A stretch of DNA of 64,000 nt from Magallana gigas (taxonomy: Eukaryota): the NCBI RefSeq assembly GCF_963853765.1, contig NC_088860.1, forward strand, positions 30,194,001 through 30,258,000, read 5' to 3'. The stretch's first letter is position 1; each line of letters begins with the position of its first letter. Positions 1-9,782 of this stretch are shown here, in pieces. The position numbers were made by a program, and so were the translations under genes. The notes under the pieces are model-generated. The model did not search any database. It was given only the letters and a program-made list of their open reading frames with translations, and had not been told where the DNA came from.

Positions 1-1135
1 ACATCTCGGCCCAACGACACCTCGGCCCAGGGCGGTTGACACCTCGGCCCAGACGGGTCGGCCCAAAACTATTGACACCTCGGCCCATGTACAAGACACC
101 TCGGCCCACAGAAATTTTTATTTAAAAATATGTACAAGACACCTCGGCCCAAAGAAACAATGATTCTTAAAATATTTGATAGACAGTCGAACGTATGTTC
201 TTGTACTCATAAAGACATAATTAATTCAATACAATTTTTTGATGATAAAAGTTTCATCCAGTATCTTACAATACGTATTTTTCTAATACACTAACATACT
301 TACTTTGTTCCTTAATTGACAATGTATTATATTATTATTACGTGTCCCAAAATTTAATTAAAAGTTCATTAAAAATAATGAATTTAATAGACTCTTAAAA
401 GTGGATATACTAGAAGCATTTCTAATGTTTCTGGTGTAAATTATTGCAATATTTTTTTTAAATTATGACTAGTCAATTATTTTTTTTTTTTTAAATGAAA
501 AGCAGAATTTATAAACAGTAAACACAATCCTTTTTTCTTAACCTTGGATCATTTTTGTTAAGTTTATCACATTCTTAAACAAAGTAAAAAAACTGAATAA
601 TTCATGATTTAAGTTTAATAAACAGGGTGAGAATATTGCTGCTTTGTTTGTCTAGACATGGTTTTATTCATTTGCGTATAAGACCTCTGACCATGGAACA
701 TTAACTTGCAAGATTGGAAATATACAGCTTACTAACACAGAATACACAAGATCTATTCAACAGGTGTGTCGTGTGCCCATGTGCGCGGGGGGGGGGGGGG
801 GGGGGGGATTGGAAATATACAGCTAACTAACACATAATATACAAGATATACTCAACAGGTGTGCCGTGTGCCCATGTGCGCGGGGGGAAGATTGGAATAT
901 ACAGCTAACTAACACAAATATTTTTTTAATTACAAATTATATATATCATATAATTTATATTCAATAAAATATAAATAAAACATGAAAATCATTGATATTT
1001 TATTCTAATTCTGCTTGAGCCGAGATGTCTTTTGCTTGGGCCGGGGTGTCTCAAAATTTGGGCCGACCCGTCTTGGCCGAGGAGTCCTGGGGCCGAGGTG
1101 TCCGAGGTGTCGTTGGGCCGAGGTGTCTGACATTC
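1..1135. mobile_element. Non-autonomous TIR/foldback element with subterminal GACACCTCGGCCC motif arrays; left end cut by the window edge
   Basis: (G)ACACCTCGGCCC(A) recurs about 6 times in 1-150. The reverse complement (GGGCCGAGGTGTC and variants) recurs in 1015-1130, ending ...CCGAGGTGTCTGACATTC. The interior is non-coding and AT-rich. Confidence 0.75.
711..916 (+). repeat. Tandem repeat of about 80-95 bp (2 full units plus a partial) ending in variable poly-G
   Basis: AGATTGGAAATATACAGCT(T/A)ACTAACACA...CAACAGGTGTG(T/C)CGTGTGCCCATGTGCGCG(G)n occurs twice, and a third unit start follows near 888. Confidence 0.85.
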
Positions 1136-1818
1136 ATTAGAATTAGAGGACAGATTTAAAAAAGTGCTTTAAGAGATAGACAGAAATTTCACAACCATTA
1201 AATTACTTTGAATTTACGAAATGCATTTGCCTAAATCATTCTAATTTGTAAAGTTTTAAAGTGTGGTGCTAACTTCAACACCTATTAAACTATCATGTTC
1301 AACATGTTCAACGGTCCCTTACCAGCATTGACATAAAAGATCGGCGTCGTAATGAAAATTGACTTTGAGTTAGAACAGTAGGACTTGTGTGTAAGACAGG
1401 GCCAATTCTTCCGCAACCACACCAGGTTGCATAATTTACCGAGACGCATTTATGATAGTTTATTTTGTTTGTGGACGTTCACTCACGACTACCACCTCTG
1501 GGCGCAGACATCTTGGATATGATTTTAAGTCATTCCGATCCCGATGTAAATAAAAATACAAATTGTGAGAATGTAATAAAACTACTTTCAATTAGGTTAC
1601 AGCTAATTAGAATATGTATTTTATAATATTTGTAGATATATGAAGAATGTGATTTTTCTATAGTGCAAATTTTTTTTTCTATGTTCTGATTATATCTTAG
1701 TGATTTGTGGTTAAAAGTAATTAATTAATTAATATGATAAAGTGGATTAATTTTGATTTGTGATTTTGAAAAGTAGAGTAAATATATATCATTAATTATG
1801 GATGGGTGCATCGATTTA

Positions 1819-1880
1819 CCCAAAAGAACCCAAAAGGAACCCAAAAGGACCCAAAAGGAACACTAAAGGACCCAAAAAGA
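1819..1880 (+). repeat. Short tandem repeat of CCCAAAAG(G)A(A) units
   Basis: About 6 imperfect 9-10 bp units read directly from the sequence. Confidence 0.8.
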
Positions 1881-2017
1881 AATTTTAATGTTTGTAAAAA
1901 TGCCATAATTTACATTATAAATGTACTAAATATTGTCTACTTGAGTGAGAGTTGTTTAAAAAATTAAAAAATCTGAAGTGTAGGGTGTTAGCCGCTATCT
2001 AAGCACGTTTTATTCAT

Positions 2018-2413
2018 TTATGCACTGTCTACTGTCATGAATCTGTTGTGTGGCAGGGATTGGACGGTGTTGGCTTCTTCGATTTCTGTATCTGGGTTTG
2101 GTGCACAGTCTCCCTCTTCTTCTTCTAGGATGGAATAGCGGTTTGATAAATTAATTGATGAATAGAAGCTACAGGGTGGTGATGATATAGGCGATGATGG
2201 AAGCCTCGAACGTTTTCGTTGTTTGTATGGTGAAGGAGAGTCTCTGGATCTTTTCTTCTGAGCAGGTGTTTTGGTCGATGGCGAAGACTGCGGCGTCACT
2301 GTAGTGGATGGTAATGAGTGAGGAGACAATGGTGGTGACGTGGGCACATGTCTTGTAGTCTTTGGTAGTTTAGACTCCTTAGTCTTTTGTCGAGGAGGCG
2401 ATGGTGAAACATC
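2018..2413 (-). pseudogene. C-terminal Ser/Pro-rich half of the OTU/vertnin-like ORF interrupted by the 2414-8627 insertion
   Basis: Encodes DVSPSPPRQKTKESK...LSNRYSILEEE...DSA*. It continues in frame from ...FDQRVFE (ending at 8628) once 2414-8627 is removed. Its first ~40 aa are a diverged copy of the repeat at 8650-8760. Confidence 0.7.
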
Positions 2414-3219
2414 CATGCCAAGAAATGCCGTCCGGTTTAGAATAAGCCTAGCTAACGGTCTTCAATTATACACTTAATTAAGGTCAGCCGCATTTGCTTG
2501 AAAACCCGCAATAAGGGATCGAGCCGAACTAAAGTTTCAGAGATTTGGGTCAGCGGCTGTTTACGACAGTCTTTAGAGTGCCAATGTTTATAGCTTAGAG
2601 ATACGTGTTGGGATAAGAATAAAAAGGACACAAGCTAAGATTTGGAAGACAGACACTTTGTAATTAAAAAAAATAATTATGTGATTTTCCTCTTTTACTT
2701 ATTCATCGTCTCCATATTGTTTACACTTGGAAACACAATCTCTAAGAATTATTTCTCTCTGAAATACAGAATGTTATGTTTTGTTTGGGGGGTTTTTTTT
2801 TTATAAACCTAGCATTTTTTAAAAAATTAAGCCGATATACGTACATGTAATATTGATGTACGTCATGTAAAGTGTTAAATACACGGGTATCTTTTTTGTT
2901 AAGAGAGTTTTAATTAAGGTATGGCTAACTAACCTTGTATTAAAGGAACTGAAGAAATTTGAAATATTCAATCGGATGCAAATGTATGACCACCGCAGGG
3001 TTTATTATTATGCGATGTTTCATATAATAAATGTTACATGAAAGTTTATAGCGTTAATTTTTAAGGTATGCTGTAGAATGTATATAACACTTTTTTATTG
3101 TTAGTTTTGAATATATTTCGTTAAACAGACACTGCACCGATCAATTATCTGTATTGGTGGGAAATCCGAAATGCAAAAATTCTGGTAAACCGGTAAAAAC
3201 TAAAACAAAAGTTGTAAAA

Positions 3220-6200
3220 ATGTCGAATTTTTTTCGACCATGGGTGGAGACACGGCCGGCTGTACCTGTGCGTAGACGTGTAATGTTGCCGTTGAATAAC
3301 AACATGCAGGTACGTAACTACTTGTTTATGGATGATTCATAGTGTAGGTGATCAATACATTAAAGTTACCCACTCAGTAGAATGATAACTATAGGCTATA
3401 TTTTAGCAAAAAATTAAGCCGAAATACTTATATAGTGAATATGCAGAATTTATATAAAAGTCAATGTATGTGTATTTGACAAATTTATGTTGATATTGTA
3501 TGTCATGTCAGTTATTGAAGCTTTATAATTTTTTTAATTTTTATTTCACATGCATATTTTATTGCAATAGGACCACGATGATATGGAAAATAAGAAAACT
3601 CCACGCAAAGTAAAAGGATTTTTTGAGCTGAAACATTCTCAAAGAGGAGAAAGGAAAAGAAAATACCAAAGCGCTTTTCAAGAAGCTTCAAGCTGTGTTC
3701 ACAGTGATATTTCCTCCATCAAAGTCCAGTTCAATTTTGATAATGGACATGTTTTATCCTTTTTTCCCCGCAAAGTGTCCCCTGATGAAAATGCTAGTTT
3801 GGAAGATGAAGGTGTTAAGAAATCTCAAGATCTTGCTGTAATTCAACAGGTTATTGCAGTTAAGGACAAGTTCAGAATTTCTGACGAAGCTTTACATGAA
3901 CTTCATATGATTGGTTCAATAATACCAAGCAAGTCAGCCATCAATACAGAAAAATACCGTCTCAACACAACTCTTGAAATAATGAGCCATCCAACAGTAA
4001 GTACATGTACCGTGCTTTTTTATGTGTTGACCACTGACTTATTTAGCACGTTTTATTATCTTATCATTTGAATATCAAATTTAGAAACCGATCGATCATA
4101 GCACAAGCCAATTTACTTTTATTTATTTTTTTAACAAAGGCAGACTGCAGTACTAGAAAGCTAGAGCACATTCTAGAGTTTGTACTTCAACACAAAAAAT
4201 ACCAGAAGTATATTGAGAATGACACTGTTACCCTGCGTTTTTCCTGTGATGGTGCCAAAATTGCCAAAAATATCTCCTCAGTAAGAGGGGTGTTCAAGAT
4301 TTTGGCACCAAGACAGTCATTGCCAGATAAGCTTGAAGATTTGAGCATGTGTCCAGAAGATGAGTTTACTCTTTTCTTTTACATTGGTGAGAAACTTTGT
4401 ATTTATTGAAATTTCCTGTCATGTATTTTGGAATTATTATTTCGATTATCACATGTTTATTTCAATTAAGGAGATGAAAATCGATGCAGTTTAGAGGAAT
4501 ATGCCTCTGGGACATTAAGAGACATGGAAAATGTTCAATTGAATGGAATTGTAATCAATGGAAGAAAAATCTCTGTAAAGTGGTAAAGTTATCTCATCAT
4601 CTACGGTTATCGTTTTTTTTATTCTATACCCTATTTGTTATTATAATATCATTTCAAATTCTAAACTGGTACAATTATATATTTTGTAGGATAATGACTT
4701 GTGATTGGAAGGCACTTGCCTTACTGAGGGGAATTAATGGCGCTCAATGCGAATTTTTCTGCATGTGGTGCCACTGCTCCAAAAAGCAGATATGCGATTT
4801 CAGTAGTAAGTAACTGTTGTAAATTGATAAAATGATACAAACATTGTAATAAAAACAATAGCAATTGCTGGACAACTAATGTGATTTTATAATGTTTTTT
4901 GTAGTCCCATCTTGGTTGATACAGAGATCTAAAGAAGAACAACAAACTGTTCTAAATTCTGAAAAGAAAACGTTCGGGTACAAAGATACAGATCTCTGCC
5001 CTTTCATTTCATACCATGACATGCCCATTGATGATCTTCACATGCGCATAAGGATTTCTCTAAAGCTCTTCAATCAGGTACATTGTCTCTTATTAATATA
5101 CACGAATGTATACTTTTAACGACTCTGCTAACTATCTGCATACACAAGATCTCCTTGCTTGATTTTGACAATTTTAAATTCAGCTTGTGACCTGGGCAAT
5201 AGACCAGAAATCTGAAGACAATTTGAAAAGAGAACTGAAACGCGTAGGTGTCAGTTTCAGAATGTGGGAGGAAAGGGGGGATGACAAATTGAACACCAAA
5301 GTGAGGAAATGGTCTCAACCAACAGGTATATATATGCCTTTCTTTAAAAAAAAATACTATAAGTGTTTGCAGTTCTTGTAGCAAATCTTCTGAAAAATAT
5401 TTGCCATTTCATTTGTAGGTGATGATTTACGTAAAATTATAAGAGACGTTCAAATCCATCATATTCTGGACAATAAAAAGGACAGGCACTACGTATCAAT
5501 AGAAAGCCTTTCAGTACAGCAGTTGAGGGACGAATTAACTAACAGACAGCTTTCCAAAAAAGGAAAAAAACCCGAACTTGTAGCCCGATTAAAAGATGCT
5601 GTCGGAAATAACACTAAGGTATATTTACAGAAACTCAAATTCACTGAATAACATTTATATTTCCTGAATGTTTACATAGTAATATAAAACTTTTCATTCA
5701 TGTTGTTTTAGATGAGGAGGAATGTAGGCTCTCGTCTTCAGGTATCGTACGACTTTTCAGAAGATGAAGAACAGGACCTGGACGTCGCAGCCCTGCAAGA
5801 TCTGTGGTCAGGTTTCCATACGCTCATGGAAAGTCTCCGGGCATTACCTGGAACAGATAATTACAAAGATATGGAAACTTTTGCAAAAGAAGCAAAAGAA
5901 TGGGCCACTGAATTTCGAAAGCAAACCTTCGATGAAGATGTTATCCCATACATTCATGGTGTGTAAAAATGTTAAAGATTCTATAAAGGAATCATACAGC
6001 CTATCCCTACTTCTTTCAGGGTATAAAATTCATTTTGTTTAAATTACATTTTCAGCTATGGTTTATCATGTACCACAGTTTCTGCAGACATACCACTACA
6101 TACATGATATCGGGGTTGCCCAAGTTGAGCGTAAAAATTTTGACCATCGTCAAGCGTACTTTGGAAGCACCAACAGAAATGGGTCCAAATGGAAAAAACA

Positions 6201-6425
6201 TGTCTCAAAGCAGGTACATACCATTATTCAGATAGTCAATCTGCTTGATTTGTTTCACAAATTTTTCTGCCTTCTGCAATGAATAATTAATCAAAGATAA
6301 ATATGCATTTCAGTCCTTGTCATACTTGTGATCTTTAATTACAGATTCTTGAGAGGGAAAATAGAATGCTTTGGTCCAGTCTACATGGAACTGTACGTGA
6401 AAAAAGAAAATATGTAAAGTCTTAA
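3220..6425 (+). CDS. RAG1-like (Transib/Chapaev/RAG1 clade) DDE transposase, 663 aa, 11 exons, with inserted SAP domain
   Basis: Exons 3220-3309, 3571-3996, 4140-4386, 4471-4582, 4690-4805, 4905-5077, 5184-5325, 5419-5618, 5712-5958, 6056-6213, 6345-6425. All introns are GT-AG and phase-compatible; 1992 nt with no internal stop. Motifs: FSCDG (D, 4248), TCDWK (D, 4703), CMWC at D+19/+22, IDDLH, PYIHAMVYH (H-x4-H), AQVE (E, 6127) at H+20. These spacings equal mouse RAG1 D600/D708/C727/C730/H937/H942/E962. RKVKGFFELKHSQRGERKRK resembles the nonamer-binding-type helix. The first ATG choice (3220) is inferred. Confidence 0.88.
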
Positions 6426-8473
6426 ATACCGTCGTTTAGCTACAGTCCCAGTAACCATGTTTCTACGAGACCTTGTAAAAGTTACATGAATCCATGATGG
6501 ACCACGAACATACAGTATTACAGGGTCACATAGCTGTGGTCGGTTCTCCTCGGCATCTTTCCATGTGCATCTAAACAAAGATTTTTATAATGAAGCAGAT
6601 CTTTATTATTATCAAGCAATATTTATTAAGAAGCCCACAAAGATGAACAAATATTGTATTTCTATGTATAGAAATGTTGTTTTTTTATATTAGAATAATA
6701 TTGTATCACACTTTTGATATTATTGTTATTGTTTTTACTATTACAATTAAGTAAATAATGTATAAAATTGATGTTCCTTATTGCAATAATATTGTATCAC
6801 ACATTTGTTATTATTATTGTTTTTTTTTAAATTAAGTAAATAAACATTCACATTGGATTAAATTTATGTAATCATACCTTTTACAATTATTGTGTTGGTA
6901 TTGCTTTCTCTCCTTATATCCCCACCAGACATGAATAAATTCTTTGAAGGAGACAAATGTTTCTGTTGATGTTTTGTAACATCTATTTGACCAGTTCTCT
7001 CCAATGGCAGAAGTCATTTCTTCACCTGTAAAAATAAACATAAATTACTTAACAATTATTTTTAGTAACCGAACACTTGCATTCCAAGTATGTCTTTCAA
7101 GATACCTCCTGTCTCCACTTGCATGGGACCAAAACTTTAAATAGACTTGTCATATGCTCAAGAAAACAATTATCATAATATTGCTTCAGATAGTTCATTA
7201 CCTGTGAGGTAGAAATCCACATTTCCATTGTCTGTTGGCAGAGTATCCATCAAAGACCTGAAGTATTTATTAAAACTTGCACAAGAAAAAGGCACTTTCA
7301 CTGTTGTCCTCGACTGGATGCCTAATGCACCATCAGGTGTACGGCGTGCATCGCCTAAACTGTCAAAGATGGCCTGTCGCAGTGCCATAATGTCATCAGG
7401 GTTGTTCCTGCAGTCTATTTTGTTGGAATCTAAATTCCTGCGGTGAAGATGACAAGAGAGGGGGTTTCCTTTATTTCTTTCAATGAATTGCTGCAATTCC
7501 TGGTTTCCATCTAAACTGACCCAGGTTGATGGTCCCTCCCAGTCCTTCCATTTTACTAGCACTTCTTGCTCCCTCCTCTCTAAAATGTCTTCAATCTCCC
7601 ATAGTTTCTGAGATAAATTGTTGAGAATAGTTTAAAACATGAATGATTATTCTATTATTGTTTTTCTTAATTAGTTTGGATAATTCATAATTTTTCCCGA
7701 TGTAGGATATTCGTGATCTAAGAGTGGCGCTAGATCCGCCTACACACTTTGACTGAGATTTGTATACCTGCTTCAAATAAATATAAATAATAGTCTAATA
7801 TAGTTCTAAAATACACATAAAGGTAGATCAAAAGGGAACCCTAACGATATTTAACGATCGCAAACCATAATATATACATAGATATGTCTATACATATTAT
7901 AAACATCATCAGGGACTTGTACTATGATTATTACAACTATTCTTAGAAATGAATATGTTACAAAAGTTTAAATGTAAGTATATACGATATTTGTATAATA
8001 ATATTTATTGTTATACTTTCATGTTAAATACTGAAATCTGATTGGTTAAGACGCAGTTAATAATATTTTCTATTACCCTCAGCGTTAGCAACGCACTTAG
8101 CAACGGGTAACATTAAAAAATGTTACATGCGCGAAAATTATGCGCGTACGGTTCGCTGTAGAATTCACGTTATTCCTATATAAAAGCAGTAAAATTTTCT
8201 TAAAAATTAAGACATTCAGTATAACAAAATAAATAGTGCCTGTTTGGGAGGATAACAGTTGAAATTGACACCCCTCGAAAACCATTGTCAACCTCCGCTT
8301 CGCGTCGGTTGACAATGGTTTTCTCGGGGTGTCAATTTCAACTGTTACCCTCCCAAACAGGCACTATTTATATAGTGTACCTCTTTCGACTTGTTCTCCT
8401 TTAAACTTCTAAAATTTAAATTTTCCTCCCAATCTCCGAATCTTACAGGGGCTCTTCTCTTTCTCTGTGCCAT
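6381..8473 (-). CDS. Chromodomain-containing partner protein, 256 aa, 4 exons, convergent with the transposase
   Basis: Exons (minus) 8473-8447 (MAQRKRRAP, donor GTAAGA), 7607-7202, 7025-6878, 6570-6381. GT-AG introns with phases 0/1/2 consistent; 771 nt open. N-terminus KLWEIEDILERREQEVLVKWKDWEGPSTWV matches the chromo fold pattern. The remaining ~200 aa are unrecognised and include HNNCKRCTW...LC. Confidence 0.8.
8002..8372 (+). mobile_element. Non-autonomous element ending in a ~143-bp palindrome (family A), inserted in intron 1 of the chromodomain gene
   Basis: 5' TTATACTTTCATGTTAAATACTGAAATCTGATTGG; 3' hairpin ATAAATAGTGCCTGTTTGGGAG...CTCCCAAACAGGCACTATTTAT (8229-8371). Relatives at 37628-37856 and 38458-38630. 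Superfamily (Crypton-like or Helitron-like) not determined. Confidence 0.8.
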
Positions 8474-8627
8474 TTCTTAGATAAGAATGCAGCTGAAGAA
8501 AGCACACAGGGAGCTCGATTTCACTTAATCGGTTCATCGCCGTGGTAACGCTGACCGCCTGGGATGTGGTCACTAATTTATAACGGGGTTGTGAAAGCGG
8601 AATTTTGGAGCAGAATTTCTTGGCATG

Positions 8628-9295
8628 TTCAAACACACGTTGATCAAAAGTAGGCGATGGCAACGAATATGGAGACGATGGTGGTGATGTACGCACATGC
8701 CTCGTTGTTGTTGTTACCTTGGATTGTTTTGTCTTTTTTCGAGGAGGCGAAGGTGATCTTGCTGATTTGGGTGTTGATTTGTTCCCGCGGCTAATTTTGA
8801 AGCTGAAGTTGAACTCCCTCCTGTCATTGTTTGGCACAGACGATGTTGATTTTGATGGCACGACGGGAACAAAATGGTTGGGTGTCCACTGCTTGTTTGG
8901 TTTAGGTGGCATGGTACTGGTCCACATGATTTTAATGGCAGTGTCACTGATGGGATCCTCGGGTGACGTTTTCAAGTTCAACTTTTGGAAGGCCAGGTCT
9001 TGAGTACCATTAACGCATGGGTAAAGTATTTCCATAGGCACGTTGATTATGTTGGATAGTGCAAGTATGGTCCAAACACATGAATATTGTCTTGGTCGGG
9101 CACACTCCTTGTTTAAAGCGGTGTCATATGTTGGCGAGAGACTAGCCCGATCCTTGTGTTGTTGGATGTTTTCTTTGTTGAGGAACATCTCCAAGCAAGA
9201 TTTAAAACGTAGCTCTGTGGCCAAGGACTCGTCTCCAACCAACAGCGTTGAAACGGAATTAAAAAGGCAATCAGACTTGGTAGATTTTGTGATGG
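8628..9295 (-). pseudogene. OTU-type cysteine protease (vertnin-like) domain ORF, 5'-truncated and split by the transposon
   Basis: Part of track ORF 8409..9395: SDCLFNSVSTLLVGDESLATELR ... WTILALSNII ... IMWTS ... WTPNHFVPVV. This is the Cys-box/His-box pattern of OTU/vertnin-like domains, but the usual GDGN before the Cys is degenerate. Confidence 0.7.
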
Positions 9296-9299
9296 TTTT

Positions 9300-9782
9300 T
9301 TGGGTGTACCTGGTGAATGTCGTTTTTATGGTGTTGGAGGAATGAGAGCCGATAGGGTGGATCAGAGGGTTTTTTGTGCATTGCTGGAATTTCAACCAGA
9401 AACAGTGTTTGTGTGTATAGGTGGAAACGACATTAGTATGAATTCCAGTCCACGACAGACTTTTGAGAATGTTAACGAAATAGTGAACATTCTTACTAAC
9501 AATGGTACCAAAAACGTGTATATCGGCGAAATAATGACAAGGGGACAGTTTTCCAGATCACCAGGCCTGACGAAAGATATGTTCGACAAGAAGAGGAAAC
9601 TGATCAACAAAAACTTGAAAAAGAAATACGGACGATTCTTTGTGACATTTAGTGATATTCATTTTCCGGACCACTACGATAAGGATAAGGTGCACCTAAA
9701 CACCGACAGAACTGTAAGGGATTCGGTGCCCGGAATGAAGAAATTCCAGTGTAGACTTATACGTGTCTTGTGTAGACAATGA
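9300..9782 (+). pseudogene. SGNH/GDSL hydrolase fragment lacking the N-terminal GDS block
   Basis: GVGGMRA (block II), FVCIGGNDI (block III) and DKDKVHLN (block V) are present. No block I serine motif is visible upstream and the ORF begins at a non-ATG codon. Confidence 0.7.

Larger units (their letters stand above)
2414..8627. mobile_element. Two-gene RAG1/Transib-like DNA transposon (6214 bp) with 13-bp TIRs
   Basis: Left end CATGCCAAGAAAT (2414-2426); right end ATTTCTTGGCATG (8615-8627). Encloses a DDE transposase (+) and a convergent chromodomain gene (-). The flanks rejoin into one open frame. No canonical TSD; at best an imperfect 3-bp ATC/TTC. Confidence 0.8.

Noticed and set aside
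1140-1560. Possible decayed coding sequence left of the OTU tail
   Set aside because: Multiple stops in the forward frames and no recognisable domain.
3220-6425. Calling the transposase a true RAG1 orthologue or evidence of V(D)J-type immunity
   Set aside because: There is no RING/ZnA N-terminal region, no RAG2-like kelch partner and no RSS ends; the gene sits inside transposon TIRs.
7591-7776. 61-aa ORF as the 5' exon of the chromodomain gene
   Set aside because: It starts at TTG and is out of frame with the chromo exon. The ATG exon at 8473-8447 has a consensus donor and the right phase.
8409-9395. Track ORF of 328 aa as a complete gene
   Set aside because: The last 72 aa read through the right TIR into transposon sequence, and the first ~35 aa are the antisense of the SGNH fragment.
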